Assembly (NCBI RefSeq): GCF_009914755.1
Contig: NC_060940.1
Length of the DNA stretch: 64,000 nucleotides
Source of the DNA: the human T2T-CHM13v2.0 reference genome, Homo sapiens
Strand: one strand, 5' to 3'
Shown: positions 13,835 to 28,100 of the stretch, piece by piece
Numbering within the stretch: position 1 is the stretch's first letter
Layout of the letters: every line of letters starts with the position of its first letter
The notes under the pieces: model-generated
What the model saw: only the letters and a program-made list of their open reading frames with translations
Told to the model about the DNA's origin: nothing
The model's database searches: none
Program-made: the position numbers and the translations under genes

Positions 13835-14681
13835 TATTTCTTTCATGGGGTTTTCTGCTTACAGGACAGCTTATTGTTAACTTTTTATAATTCGCATCTA
13901 AACTTTTAATGGCTTCTGATTTAGGATGATTTCAGTCTCATCTTTTTTTCACTGCCTGCTAAATAAGTTTTGTCATGAATTTCCATCTTTGTAGCTAAAT
14001 GGGAGTCATGCAAGTCTAACTTCAAAAATTAAGGACAAGAGACTAAACCTTTAAATTTACTGTGATCTTTGATTTTAAATGTTTTGATATAAGTGTTTGC
14101 TGATATATTTTGAAGATGGAAGTTGGGACATCTCAAGTTCTAGCATGCTTTTTCTTTCTTTTTCTATCTCGGGAACTTGACCACAGATCTCGATGTCCTA
14201 ATAGAGGCAGCCTTATTATTTCCTCTGTCCTTAAGCAAAAACAATACATTTAATAAGTTTTGAGTAACGGAACATTCTATGGCTAAATGACTCCAAAGTG
14301 GGCATCACTCTTAGGCTTTGGCCAACTTGATGCTATAGATTTGATTAGGGGACTTCATCTGGAAATTTGTAGTGAGAAACCCAGATGGAACTCTAGAGAA
14401 AATACACTGTGCATCATAAGGCTTTGCTAAATGTAGGAAATAGAACCATGCCCCATTTGGTGACATTTCTCTTAGCAAATTCCCATGCTTCCAAATAACA
14501 TTTAAAAATATGTCGTATTTTTAAAATAATTATTTAAAAAATAATCTTAATTAAGCAGCTTTATTTGGTATTACGGTAAGCATTGATAGAGAGTGTTAAT
14601 CATTTCTATTGATGTTCTTCCTGCTTTGACAGTTTTCCTGTTCAAATTGAGCCCCTTTTAACTGTGGCTTATATAAACATG

Positions 14682-14967
14682 TTTATTTTATTTTTAGAGT
14701 CAGGATCTTCCTTGATCTCCCAGGCTGGAATGCAGTCGTGCAGTCATAGCTCATTGCAGCCTTGAACTTCTGGGCTCAAGTGATCTTCTTGCCTCAGCCT
14801 CATGAGTAACTGGGACTACAGGCATGTGCCACCATGCCCAGCTAATTTTTTTTTTCTTGTTTTAGGGACAGGATCTTGCTATGTTGCCCAAGCTGGTCTC
14901 AAGCTCCTGTCCTCAAGCAATCCTTTCTTCTCAGCCTCTCAAAGTGCTGGGATTATATGAGTGAGCC
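14682..14967 (-). mobile_element. AluJ
   Basis: Diverged reverse Alu consensus (ctgggctcaag type). Confidence 0.9.
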
Positions 14968-17329
14968 TTGATTTTTAAAGTGTAAGGCCTTAACTTTCAT
15001 TTGTGTTAAGCAGATTTTATGTAGTCCACTGGTAGTTTTCATGATAAATATCTTTAATATAGAGGTTTTTAAAATAAAAGCGTGTTTTCTTAACTTACGT
15101 ATTTCTAACAGAAATTATTTTAGTTTTGTGGAATCTTTTTATATAAATTTCTTTCTGTGCCCATTCAGAGATCCTCTTGTTTGGTTATCTTTTTTTCATG
15201 GAAATACACAGTAAGGCTCAATTAGTTTGTTATACCCACTTTATCCCAATTCTTAATAGGCTTGTAGCTTTGATAATAATCATTTGCTCAATGACCTCAA
15301 GGATAAAAAGATCTATCAGGATGTAAGGTTTTAGTTATTATAATTTGAAGAAATAAACTATTTGAGAGTTAGAATTTATCAGTGCACTCTTTCTTCTGCT
15401 GTATCTCATTTTCATTATATTGATACTTATACCTAAGACCTATACCAAATTTAAGTCCTTCTTAGTTTTTTAAATTCTACTATTTAAATATTTCTTGAAT
15501 ATTTCCTCCCTTATGCATTACTGGTGTCACTGTCTTAATTCAAGGCCCTAGAATGATTGTTTTGACCCAAACTAGACTTTTATGCCTAGGGCTTACTCCC
15601 TGTCTAGCAGTCATTTGCTCTGCCAACAGATATATCTTCTAGAGTTTGGATCATATGATGCCCCAGTGGCTCTTCAGTTTCTAAAGAATAAAATGCAAAC
15701 CTGGAATCTGCTGTTCAGCATCCTCCCTGTTAGACTTCTGGATACCTATCCAGCCTCCTGTCTTCCTCACATTCTCTGCTGCAATGTTATTAATGTACCT
15801 GGCAGTTCCCAGGAGGGTCACTCTCTTTCTGGCTTCTGCACCTTTATCATGAAGTTCCCTCTGTATTAAATAGCCTTTCTCTGTAAGCTTGGTGCACTCC
15901 ATAATCTTTTATTCTGCTCTAGTGATCTCTTGTTTTTACATATTTTCTGACAACTCCCTTCTCTGCATTTCAGGTTTCAATTAATTGCTCTACTGGTTCC
16001 CATGACATTTTATACAGGCTTCTTTTGGCTCTGATGTCACTGCATTGCTATTAGATAATTATATATCTTTTTTCTTTACTAGGCTATGAAATCCTTCAGG
16101 TCATGGACAAGATTTGTTGCAGCTTTGTATAGCCCCTGATACAAGGCTTGGTGCTGGGGACTCAATGTTGAATAATAATACAAGTTGAATGAATTAATTA
16201 ATCATGTTCGAAGATTAGTACAGTTTTGGTTCAGAATGAACTTTCCAGCACTATGTGTTGTCTAATAATTTAAACTTTTTACTTGGTGAATAAAATTCAG
16301 TTTATTTATTTTCCTGCAGGTTTTGAATAAGAACATATTTTCATAGTAAAAAAAAGTCTTCTACTGGTCAAGTCCGAAAAGTTTCAAAATTCAGACTCAT
16401 AAAATAAATGTAATAAATATAACAAAATACTGACCTAGGTTTATAATAGCTTTATGACGTGGTGAGGGCACTTTTGATTTTTCTATTAAACTGTGGACAG
16501 CATCTCCAAGGCCAAACTACATGGCTCTGACTGCTTTTACCCCTTGTATACAAACTTTGAGCTATCTCTGTGTACTGATTTTTTCTTTCCCTGAAGAGAA
16601 AATGGAAGAAATCACATAGATTATTCATCTACATTGTAATCCAAATGTAAGTCACCAGTAGCATGTTTATTCCTTCATGCATAGGGTGAGTCAGTGCTAT
16701 TTAATAGGCCTTGTGTGTCATAGTGTGAACTTTACCTAAGATACCGAGGAATTTGAACTTAACCATTTAAATTTCAGGAATATGGTAAAGAAAGAGAAAA
16801 TTATATACTTTTAAATAAAATAGAGAAAAGCTTCCTAAATCTTGCCATCTAGAGTAAGTTTCAGAATAAGAAGTGATATAACATCTATTTCTGGAAAAGT
16901 CTTGAACATAGTGCTAAATAATGCACTAGAGAAAAAAATCTATGTTTTTACCTTAGACCTCTTTAAAGCAGAGTCTAGCAATTATCATGTATTTAATTTA
17001 CAAGATGAGAGTTATTTTTATTCTTGTGAACTGCAGTTGTCTTCAACTAATATGGTATTGAAATGGAAATAGAAAGAAGTGAAATCTAGGTAAAGGACAG
17101 ATGCGTCAAGTAACATGACAGCTGAAATGGTTCATTTACATGGCTGACATGGACAGAGTGCAGCGACCAATACCAGAATTGCTTAGAAACCCCTTCATAT
17201 TTTGGGGAAAATTGTCATTAAAGCAGTATTTCTGATTTAAATGTTACCTTGGAAGCAGGTTATATATTGCTGTGAAATTTTTTTTTTTTTTTTTTTTTGC
17301 TTTACCTGAAAAAAAGAAACAAAGCATAT

Positions 17330-17540
17330 TTCAGTGTTTAAATCCTAGGTCTTCCACTTGCTACCAGTGTGACCTTGGTTAAGTTACTAAACCCCATTTA
17401 AAAAAAAATCTTTAGAATGATAATGATAGTACCATTATTATTAGGAGAGTTATTGTGAGGATTAAATGAAATCATATGTAAATAGCTCTCAACAGTACTT
17501 TGCGTGTGGTAAATGCTCTGATATTGTTAGTTCTTATTAG
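17330..17540 (+). mobile_element. MIR
   Basis: MIR core: tgtgaccttggttaagttact...agttattgtgaggattaaatga. Confidence 0.7.
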
Positions 17541-18309
17541 GATGCTGATAATCATACTATAATGATATTATTCTTAACCTTTTTGAGCTCTTTGGTTAAA
17601 ATTAAATTTATGTGTTTATATTCATTCTGGCATGTTGCATATTGACAGCACCCACTAAGCATGGTGTTCTGGGCACACTGGTGAATTACAGTAGCATAAA
17701 GAAATGACCTTGTCCAGAATAAACAGACCAAAATAATGAATGTATTTTAAAAATATCAGATCCCTGAATAGAGTCTGGAGATCTTGTTTTTGGTGTTGGT
17801 TTTATGCTTAACAAGCTCTGCATCCTTGAGCAAGTTGTGAATTCCTTCCACGAAATAAGGGACTTAGACCAGATACTTGTTAATATTTTTTTCTGCTTCA
17901 AAATATTATGGCACTCAATCATTGACTGTCGGGGGAGTTAGGGGAAAGTACTTATACGGTTTTAGGGCCGAGGCTGGATGATTTCAAGGTAGATCTTACA
18001 AGGTGGAGAACTGATTGTGATTGTGAGAGTTGAGCTGATGAGATAATAGCTTTGGATTTGTCAGTACGGTGATGCAAAGATCTTAAAGCAAGCTTTGATG
18101 AACAAGATGTTAGTTTTGATATTTAAGCTGTTTTAGTTGGTTCATGATCTTACTTTCTAGGGATTGTAGAGCTAGATTTTCCTAAGACAACAAAGCTGCT
18201 GTCTAATTTTGATCTCTGGCATCTTCAACATCTCACACCCTCTCTTCTTCCCTCCCCTCTTCTCTCTCATTTTTTTTTTTTTCGCAAGATAGTAGTACTA
18301 TCACTGTAG

Positions 18310-18440
18310 AGCCTTGGATCTAATTAAATTCAGATCCAGTTAAGCGGGTTTGGGATAGGGCCTGAGAAACTGCTATTCTAACAAGCTCCCAGGTGAGGCC
18401 CTTGCTGCCTGTGGATGGCCTGCACTTTGAAGAGCAGAAG
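18310..18440. mobile_element. MER5A fragment (hAT-Charlie)
   Basis: gggcctgagaaactgctattctaacaagctcccaggtgag...cactttga. Confidence 0.65.
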
Positions 18441-20686
18441 TCTATCTACAGCATCATATTTGTTGAGCAGCAGTCCTTTGTGCCATCTTCATCTCTTCTT
18501 TGTCTTCTAATTCAGATTGCAGATCTTGGGCTCTGAATTAAGCATCCTCATATTCCAAACTTGAACTTAGTCTTTGAATAAATATGTCATTATCTGCATC
18601 CCTGATTCCCACTGGGCATAACCCCACAGTTCCTGGGTGTGATCCATGGCTGTTTTTGCAGCTTCCTTTCACTGGTATGGCACTCTGCTTCTGTCAGTTT
18701 GCTGGTGTACTCCAGGTTCTGACTTCTGGCCTGGATTTACCTGGCCCAGATCCTTTTACTCATCTGAACCCACTTCAGGGTTCCATGTTGAGGCCATTGC
18801 TGTACATTGCTATAAACGTTAAAATTTCCAACTGTTGCTCTTGGAAATGAGTATATATATATACATCTCCTGTCTCATCTGTTTATCGTTCATGACTACA
18901 GTAATTAGTGATCCCTTCTGTGTCCTGAGGATCATGTAGTTCTCCTTTCAGTAGGGAGCTCTGCTTCAGGATGTAATGACTGCCTCCATTTTCAGAGAGT
19001 TGCCTAACCAATTGAATGGAAATCAGAGGTATAACTGGTTAGCACTAGAAGTTAAGCTGATTTCCGCCCGAGTCCAGTTTATTTTTCCACATGTGTATCT
19101 TTGAGAAACTGATGTGCTAATTGCTTAAAGGTCTTTGTGGAGGCTCTTTCTGATGCTGGTGGGATTGGGTTCCTTCCAGCCTCTTTCATATTTCATGCAG
19201 CTTATAATTTAAAAGAGAACAATAGTATTAAACACTGGCTTTAGAAGTTCTTTTTTTCCTAAGTATCCTTGTAAGATTCAACAATATTATGGAATGACCG
19301 TAAAAATAGTGGTAGGTGCTTCAAGAAATATAATTTTCTTTGAAAAGTAGAGGAAACAGCAAACAGTCTTCAAACTAACTACAAAAAACTGACAAGTTCA
19401 AGGCTGATTTCCATTGTAGTTTCATGTTACAGAAGTAGTTTAGTTTCATTTGCTGTAGTATAAGCTGAGTACCTTCAATATCCATTGTCATAACTCCAGT
19501 TTTCATTTCAATTTTTTGCTGCAATAAAATTCTTATAACTAAATTATAATGCAAATTAAAGTACTGCAAAATTTTAATAGACGTAATGTTCACCCATAGT
19601 CACATTCTTTCAGTTTCGTATTACATAAAAAACTAATAGTCCATAAAAATATGGTAAAGTTAAGCTACACTTAGAATAGACATGAAAAAAATTTTAAGCC
19701 AAACTAGATGGTCTGAATAGCATATTGAATGATGAATTAGAACTTAAAGAATGCCTATTATAGCTTTCCAGTTCTGTAATTTTAAATGTATTTATTAGAA
19801 AGTAGATTAATTTACATTTTGATGTCTTCATTATAATGTGGATGTGACAACTTCATACTCATTTTATACTTCTCTATGAGATATTTGGTTCCTCTCCCAA
19901 GGGTCGTGAGTTTGCTTTGTCTCCCACAGAGACAGCATGGTTTTCTGGGATGTTTGACAACTAGCTTTAGTTAGGCATGACGGTTGTTAGTGACTTTTCG
20001 TGAAATTAAGGTTAGCTCTGAATAGTCATGCTTCAGAAATGATCATTCATTTTGGTTATGAAATTTTTCTTGAAGACTTATTAGCATCACTCCTGTGTAG
20101 CACAGGGTCATATTTTATTGGCGCTTTTATCCCTCATCTGACATAATTAATGCTCTTCCCTCTGGCATGGTTAGAAAAAGTGGTAATCTTGGTTTTCTGC
20201 AGCTCCTGCTCATAATCACTAAACTACCCATTGCAGCCCAAGGCTGCTTTAACTTCACATTATTTCACTTAGTTGTCTTTTTCTGTTTTTAAAAATTACT
20301 GATTATTTAATTTGCTGATTTAAAAATCATTATGTGGGTCATCCATTCTTGGATTGATCAAGAGGATTCTGACATTAACCTGACAAAGCCAATTAATCCA
20401 GAAACCATTGGTTTCCCACATTGTGCCCCAGTCCTGTCCTAAGTGCTGAAGTAGATGACAAAATTTAAGGCAAAGAAGAGAAGACAATTCGTATTTAATA
20501 TGCACTGTGTGTTGCTTTATTTAAAATATTTCACTTAAGCCTCACAACATCCCTGTGAGGTTATATAATTTTCTCCACTTTTCAGATGAGAAGACCTAGC
20601 TCAGAGAGAGCCCAGGTCTTGAAAGTTACAAAGTGATACAGCTGTGATTGCAGCCCAGTTCTTCCTGTTTTCAAAACGCTTGTTGT

Positions 20687-20770
20687 TTCCATGACCTTTT
20701 AGCTATGAAGACCTTCCATGACCTTTTAGCTATGAAGACCTTCTGTGACCTTTTAGCTATGAAGACGTTC
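20687..20770. repeat. 27-bp minisatellite, ~3.1 copies (ttccatgaccttttagctatgaagacc)
   Basis: Units start at 20687, 20714, 20741. Confidence 0.93.
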
Positions 20771-21538
20771 TCCCCTCCAGCAGTTTGTTGATACTCTGAG
20801 GGCTGGGGTAGGGGAAGGCAGTTTCTCTCTTTTACTTGATTTAACATTGGGTTTAACCTTATTCACTAAAGAATGAAAGCTGGCTTGTGAAAAATGTGGC
20901 TTGGATTCCGTATGAGAAAGTTTGGTCAGTTAACGATTATACTATAGGTAGGTCTTTGCAAGGCACTTCCTTAGACGGATTCTCAGGACAGCATTGGAGC
21001 AAATCACTGAAGTCTAGGGGTTGTACGTAAGTATAGTGTGGGAAAGGCTAATGCCATCTCTTCCTTGTTTCACTTAGCCAATAAACAAAACTTCAGTGTG
21101 TTTCTATTGGAAGAAAATTAACTAGCATTCATTACCTACAAACTCTGTACTGTCCTTCAGAAGTATATCTAGTTTTATTCTGGTTTTTATTTACAGTCAG
21201 CTTACTTTGCTAATTTATAGTTTATTGTGTTTTTTCCTGCTAACATTCAAGACTTCCCATATTCATTTTAATTATACAGATTATAATTTCTATACAATTT
21301 CTAATTGTAGTAGTAACATTCACATTAAATGTACTGCTGAATTTTGCCAAGACAAGAATATAGAACAGGCTTCATCAAAGTGTAAATGAGAAGTGGAAAT
21401 GGTTTGGGTCTATTTTTCAAAATGCTGAATGACTTGAAAGTATTACTTCTGTACGACTTGCGTAGAATAATGTATGACACAATAAAATGCCTAATATAAC
21501 ATCTTTATCAGTATAATAACAAGACATAATACAATTAA

Positions 21539-22166
<628 letters not shown>

Positions 22167-24436
22167 TAAAGATTTAAAGTAGTATATAGTGAAGTTCTTT
22201 TCCCCTCCATATAATTCAGTTAATATGGTGAACTAAGACTCTGTCATTTAAGCCTTAGAAGTTTGGAATTTTAAATTTTTACTTGTAGTATAAGTATGAA
22301 ATAATGACCCTGAGTTTCTCTTGAGAAATCTTATTATGTGTTCAGATTAGTATTATTCTCTATAAAGTGATCCACTTGTAAGGCTACATACGTTTATTCT
22401 AGTGGTGCTGCCATTGGTCAAATCGTTTTTTAATCATCTTTTTATATCATTCCCATCTCCGTTTATAAGCAATAGAATAACAGAACATAAGAGAATAGAA
22501 TAGAACACACTCAATAGAAGAGAACAATGAATTACCTTATAGTTATAGTTAAGGTTATTGATGAGTGAGTCTTCACTTCATCTGCACTGATTCGTCACCT
22601 TATTCATTGTGGCTGAGTCACAGTAACTTTTGGTAAGGTTTAGACATCAGAGTATAGTAATTTCATTTTGTTAGTAAATACTTATTAAGCACTCACTATG
22701 TGCCAGGCACTGTTGGCACTGGGGTTACTTTGGTGAATAAAACAATTGCCATTTATAACATTAAATAACCACTTCTAAATGCATTTGTTTCCTAAAAAGG
22801 AGTTCCAAAACTTTATAGAAAGATTAGAATTGTCAGAATACAGCTCTGACCTCACAGAAATCATACAAAATCATAGTATATTATGGGAAGGTAGTATAAA
22901 TAAGAAAGGAAAATGAAATAGCTAGTTGAGTGATTGCTATTCATAAGGTCAACACATGAAACATCAACCAGGTTTAATATCCTGAAATAGATTTTATAGG
23001 CCATGTTCTTTCTCTAAAGGTCACTGGAAGAACTTAATACCTTTTTATTAAAAATAAAATGGGAATGGTGGAATGGGCTTTTCACATATTATTTGGATAA
23101 GTTGAATAGGCAAATTTTGCTTCCTTTTTATGAAGTTATATTATTTCATATTTGCCATTTCTTATTTTACATGTGAAATATGTTTCTTACCCACCTTGCT
23201 ATCCATCATGGAGAAACGTAGACTCTAAATCTTGAGGGTTCAAATGAAGTATAATAATAAATAGGAGTTGTTAAATAAAAGTATGTATATATGTATGTAT
23301 GCATATACAAATAATTTTGGAGCAATCTCCTGTTTAAAGCAGAAAGTGAAAGCAAGGATTAAAGGCTCAATGCTTCTCAGTGAAGCATTTTTTTTGGTGA
23401 GGTTTCATAGTATAAGGAAAAGTGCACATGTACAGTTTGTCTTCACAGAGCCCTGTTTTCAAATTCAGACTGCCATTTAATAACTTCTCTGTGCCTCCAT
23501 GTGGTATGACAAAGCCATTGTCATTTATTTATCTAGAGATACCAGTCTCACAGCTTTGTCAGGATGATGGGATGGAATAATGTATATAAACTATCTTGTG
23601 CAATGCATAAGTAGTTAGGCATTCAAATTTCCTTTTTCCATTTAAAAAATTGCACAAGTAGTAAATGCATATAATATTTTCATATAGCATTTTTACAATC
23701 AGAACTATAAAGAATAAAAATCACACTCCTTTCCCTAGTGGTAATCATTTTTAACAATGTGGTGTGTATCCTTCTAGGCATTTTAAAGTACTTAGTTATC
23801 TATATATGCATGTACATTTCAAATGTTATACATATATAGTTATTGTTGCTTAGCTTTTCAACACCTAGGATCATGCTAAACATCTTTTCTTCTGTAACAT
23901 TACTTTTCCACACTGTATTTAGTCTTTCATAATCATATAGAACTACCTTATTCCTTAAACTGTCTTAACATACTTCATTGAATGAAGGTGTCATAATTTA
24001 TTTATTTATTCCTCCATTGAGAGCACATTTATTCCATAATATTTTAAATTTCGGTGTATGGTGGAACTGTGCAGAAAATAAATCATGGTTTAAGTTTTGT
24101 TTCTTTTGTTCTCAAAGAGATATCAGTCATCTTGAAGATGCTCACAGTGCTGAATCTATGTATAGTATATTCAAATCTTTTTAACTATAGAGGTTAAGAT
24201 GCATCCATTCTAAAGTGAGGAAGACAAATTTTCCAACTTGTCTAATCATGGAAATCTTGCTCAGGAGGTGGAACTACATTATTAAATCAGAGAATGTGGA
24301 TGGGACAGTAGCAGGAGATAGGGTAGTCTGTGAGAATAAATTTGTAAACTGGTCATCAAAAGTTTCCTGAACACTGCTTCTTGGTCAGGACTTCATACAT
24401 AGCAGAGCAACTTCACTGCTTTCTTTGGTTCGTTCG

Positions 24437-24748
<312 letters not shown>

Positions 24749-26239
24749 TGAAAGTCAGTGGTTGACAAAAGATTAAAAAAAAAAAAGTAGTAAAAAGAAA
24801 AAAAAAGTTTCCTGAAACATATTTTGTCAGCTTCTGTCCTTTTTCTTCCTTCCTACTAAACATTTATTGTCACCTACCATGTATTAGATATTGTTCCTGT
24901 AATTGATCGTCTTCCAATGTAGTATGGAAAATAACACATTAATCAAATGGTGAAAATAAAATGTATTGTGATCACTTTTGATAAACAAGCAGTGATTAAG
25001 GTTGCAGAAGATCGAACAATTAACTGCTGTGGGAATTAAAGAAGGCCTCCCCGATAATGTGGATCACTCAGTTCAGTTCATAAATATTTACCGAGAACCT
25101 CCTATGTGCCAGCATTAGAGATCCAAAGTTGAGAATGTATTGGATGACTTGTCCTTTCGCTAGTTTGTATCAGTGAAGGAGTAAATCGGAATTTTAAGAA
25201 GAAGAAATTATTGCCTGAAGATGATGTAATTTAAATTTCAAAACTGCTTGAAAATATATTGTATCTTGTATAGATGAGTCATAGGACAAACATATAGACT
25301 GTTGTTCTATGGGAATGCTTGCTGTCTCAGCAGCTCAAATATTAATGCCTTAATAATTTACTTAATAAGCCAAAGATGTAGTTTGCTGATAGACTGTATG
25401 TTCATATACAAGCCTCTTTCCTCTGCTCTCCCATGCCTACCCCGTCTGCAACCTTTGTGCCCTCGTCACCCTCCTGTGTGCATGTATGAGTACCCGGAAT
25501 ATACAAACCTCATGGAACTATGGGACTCTTTGACCTCTATGATAAAAGATCTTCGGATTATGCTTACTTCTTGATTATCTTTTTGGGGAACATCTTGGCC
25601 TAGGGATTTGGATTATTCACTGCTTCTTTGTACATACTTCTTAGTTTGTTAACTTCTGCAACACAGTCTTCAAAAATTGTACACCTCAGGCTTTCAGAGA
25701 TTTATTCCTGATTCTGAAAAATTACTGTTCTTTACATGTCCCATAACTGGAAGATTATCTAATCACAATTAGCTAAGGCAGGAGAAGAATCTGAAGTTGG
25801 AAATTAGAACTGGTGAACCTCAAGTTGCTCAGTTCCCAAAATTAGAGAATCATTAATGAAACACAGGTGGTAAACACTGACTGATTCCTTCCCTGGGGTA
25901 AGATTCTATTTTCACAGATTTGGTGTATTTTTCTGCTAGAACCCAAAACCCAAAGAAATCTGAAAGTATGTTGTTTGTATAATATTTTTAACTTCCAGTA
26001 TCAGTATCCAGTAGGGAGTGCTATGTAAAATGTTTTTTAAATCAATATATTGCTTCAGGCAATGAGGATTTTTGCAGACATTAATGCAACTATCCATAAA
26101 GCTCTATTATCTAAGCTATTTGTAAACATCATATGCCTGTGATAGGTTTGAAATTGTGCCTTAAAATATTATGTCTGTGAGAAAACATACCTAGACCAAA
26201 TGTTATATTATTAGGTACAAGAGTTTATATATATATATA

Positions 26240-27854
26240 TTTTTTTTTTCTTTCCACCTTTTATTTTAGGTTGAGGGAGTACATGTGCAGATTTGTTACA
26301 TGGGAAAATTGTGTGTTGCAGGGGTTTGGTGTACAGATTATTTCATCACTCAGGTAATGAGCATAGTACCCAATAGGTAGTTTTTCAGTCTTCACCCTCC
26401 TCCTACCCTTCCACCCTCAAAGAGGCCTCTGTGTCTATTGTTCCCTTCTTTGTGTCCACAGGTATTCAGTGTTTAACTTCCACTTATAAACAAGCATATG
26501 TGGTATTTAGTTATCTGTCTTTGCATTAATTTGCTTAGAATAACAGCCTCCAGCTCCATCCATGTTGCTACAAAGGACGTGATTCCATTTTTTTATGGCT
26601 GCATGGTATTTCATGGTATATAGGTACCACCTTTTGAATGAATCCAATGTTGATGGGCTCCTGCGTTGAGTCCATGACCCTGCTATTGTGAATAGTGCTG
26701 CAGTGAACATACACATGCATGTGTCTTTATGGTAAAATGATTTATATTCCTTTGAGTATATACTCAGTGATGGGGTTGCTGGATCGAGTGATAGTTCTAA
26801 GTTCTTTGAGACATCTCTGAACTGTTTTCGACAGTGACTGAAATAATTTATATATTCCCACCAGCAGTGTATAAGCGTTCCCTTTTTTTCCGCAGCTTTG
26901 CCAGCATCTGTTATTTTTTTGACTTTTTAATAATAGCCCCTCTCACTGGTGTGAGATGGTATCTCATTGTGGTTCTGAATTGCATTTCTCTAATAATTTG
27001 TAAGGTTCAGCATTTATTCATATGCTTGTTGGCTGCATGTATCTCTTCTTTGGAGAAGTGTCTGTTCATGTCCTTTGCCCATTTTTTAATAGGGTTGTTT
27101 AGTTTTTGCTTATTAATTTGTTTAAATTGCTTACAGATTCTGGATATTAGACCTTTGTTGGATGCAGAGTTTGCAAATTTTTTTCCCATTCTCTAGATTG
27201 TCTGTTTGCTCTATCGGTAGTTTCTTTTGCTGTGAAGAAGCTCTTTAGTTTAATTAGGTTCCAATTGTCAATTTTTGTTTTTGTTTTTGTTGCAATTGCA
27301 TTTGGATTCTTTGTTATAAATCTTTGCCATGGCCTATGTCCAGAATGATATTTCCTAGCTTTTCTTCTAGGGTTTTTATGGTTTTAAGTTTTACATTTAA
27401 GTCTTTAATCCACTATGAGCTGATTTTTATACATGGTAAAAGAAAGGGATCCAGTTTCAATCTTCTGCATATGACTAGCCAATTATCCCAGTACCATTTA
27501 TTGAATAGGGAGTCATTTCCCCAATGCTTGTTTTCTTCAATGTTGTCAAAGATCTGGTGGTTGTAGGTGTGCAGCTTTATTTCTGGTTTCTGTAGCCTGT
27601 TCCATTGGTCTATGTGTCTGTTTTTATACTAGTACCATGCTGTTTTGGTTACCGTAGCTGCCTTGTGGTGTGTTTGAAATCAGGTAGTGTGATGCCTCCA
27701 GCTTTGTTCTTTTCTTAGGATTGCTTTGGCTATTGCCTCTCTTTTGGTTCCATATGAATTAAAAAAATTTTTTTTTCTATTTCTGTGTAAAATGTCATTG
27801 GTAGTTTGATAGGAGTATCATTGAATTTGTAAATTGCTTTGAGTAGTATGGCTG
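26240..27854 (-). mobile_element. L1 (old primate L1PA/L1PB type), 3' UTR plus end of ORF2
   Basis: T tail after (AT)n; minus-strand ORF fragments resemble L1 ORF2 C-terminus ([18 protein letters not shown]; MFTAALFTIA; [17 protein letters not shown]). Confidence 0.93.
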
Positions 27855-28100
27855 TTTTTTTATTTGTATTTGTATTTTTTTGAGACAGAGTCTTGCTCTG
27901 CCGCCCAGGCTGGAGCGCAGTGGTGCAATCTTCACTCACTGTGACCACCTCCCAAGTTCAAGTGATTCTCCCTGCCTCAGCCTCCCGAGTATCTGGGACT
28001 ACAGGTGCATGCCACCATGGCTGGCTAATTTTTTGTATTTTTAGTAGAGATGGGGTTTCACCATGTTAGCCAGGATGGTCTCGATCTCCTGACCTCGTGA
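27855..28100 (-). mobile_element. AluS/Y inserted in L1, missing its 5' end
   Basis: Reverse Alu stops abruptly at ...ctcctgacctcgtga, followed by non-Alu, non-L1 sequence. Confidence 0.9.

Noticed and set aside
17925-18240. Possible ancient LTR fragment
   Set aside because: TG...CA-like ends, but I cannot assign a family with confidence.
20687-20770. CRISPR-like array
   Set aside because: Head-to-tail repeats with no spacers, in mammalian intron DNA.
25302-25574. 90-aa ORF in non-repeat DNA as a possible hidden exon or processed pseudogene
   Set aside because: Non-ATG start, no recognisable homology, no convincing splice pair, poly(A) or TSD.
26507-27948. L1 ORF2-like peptides
   Set aside because: Fragmented remnants of a truncated L1; not functional.
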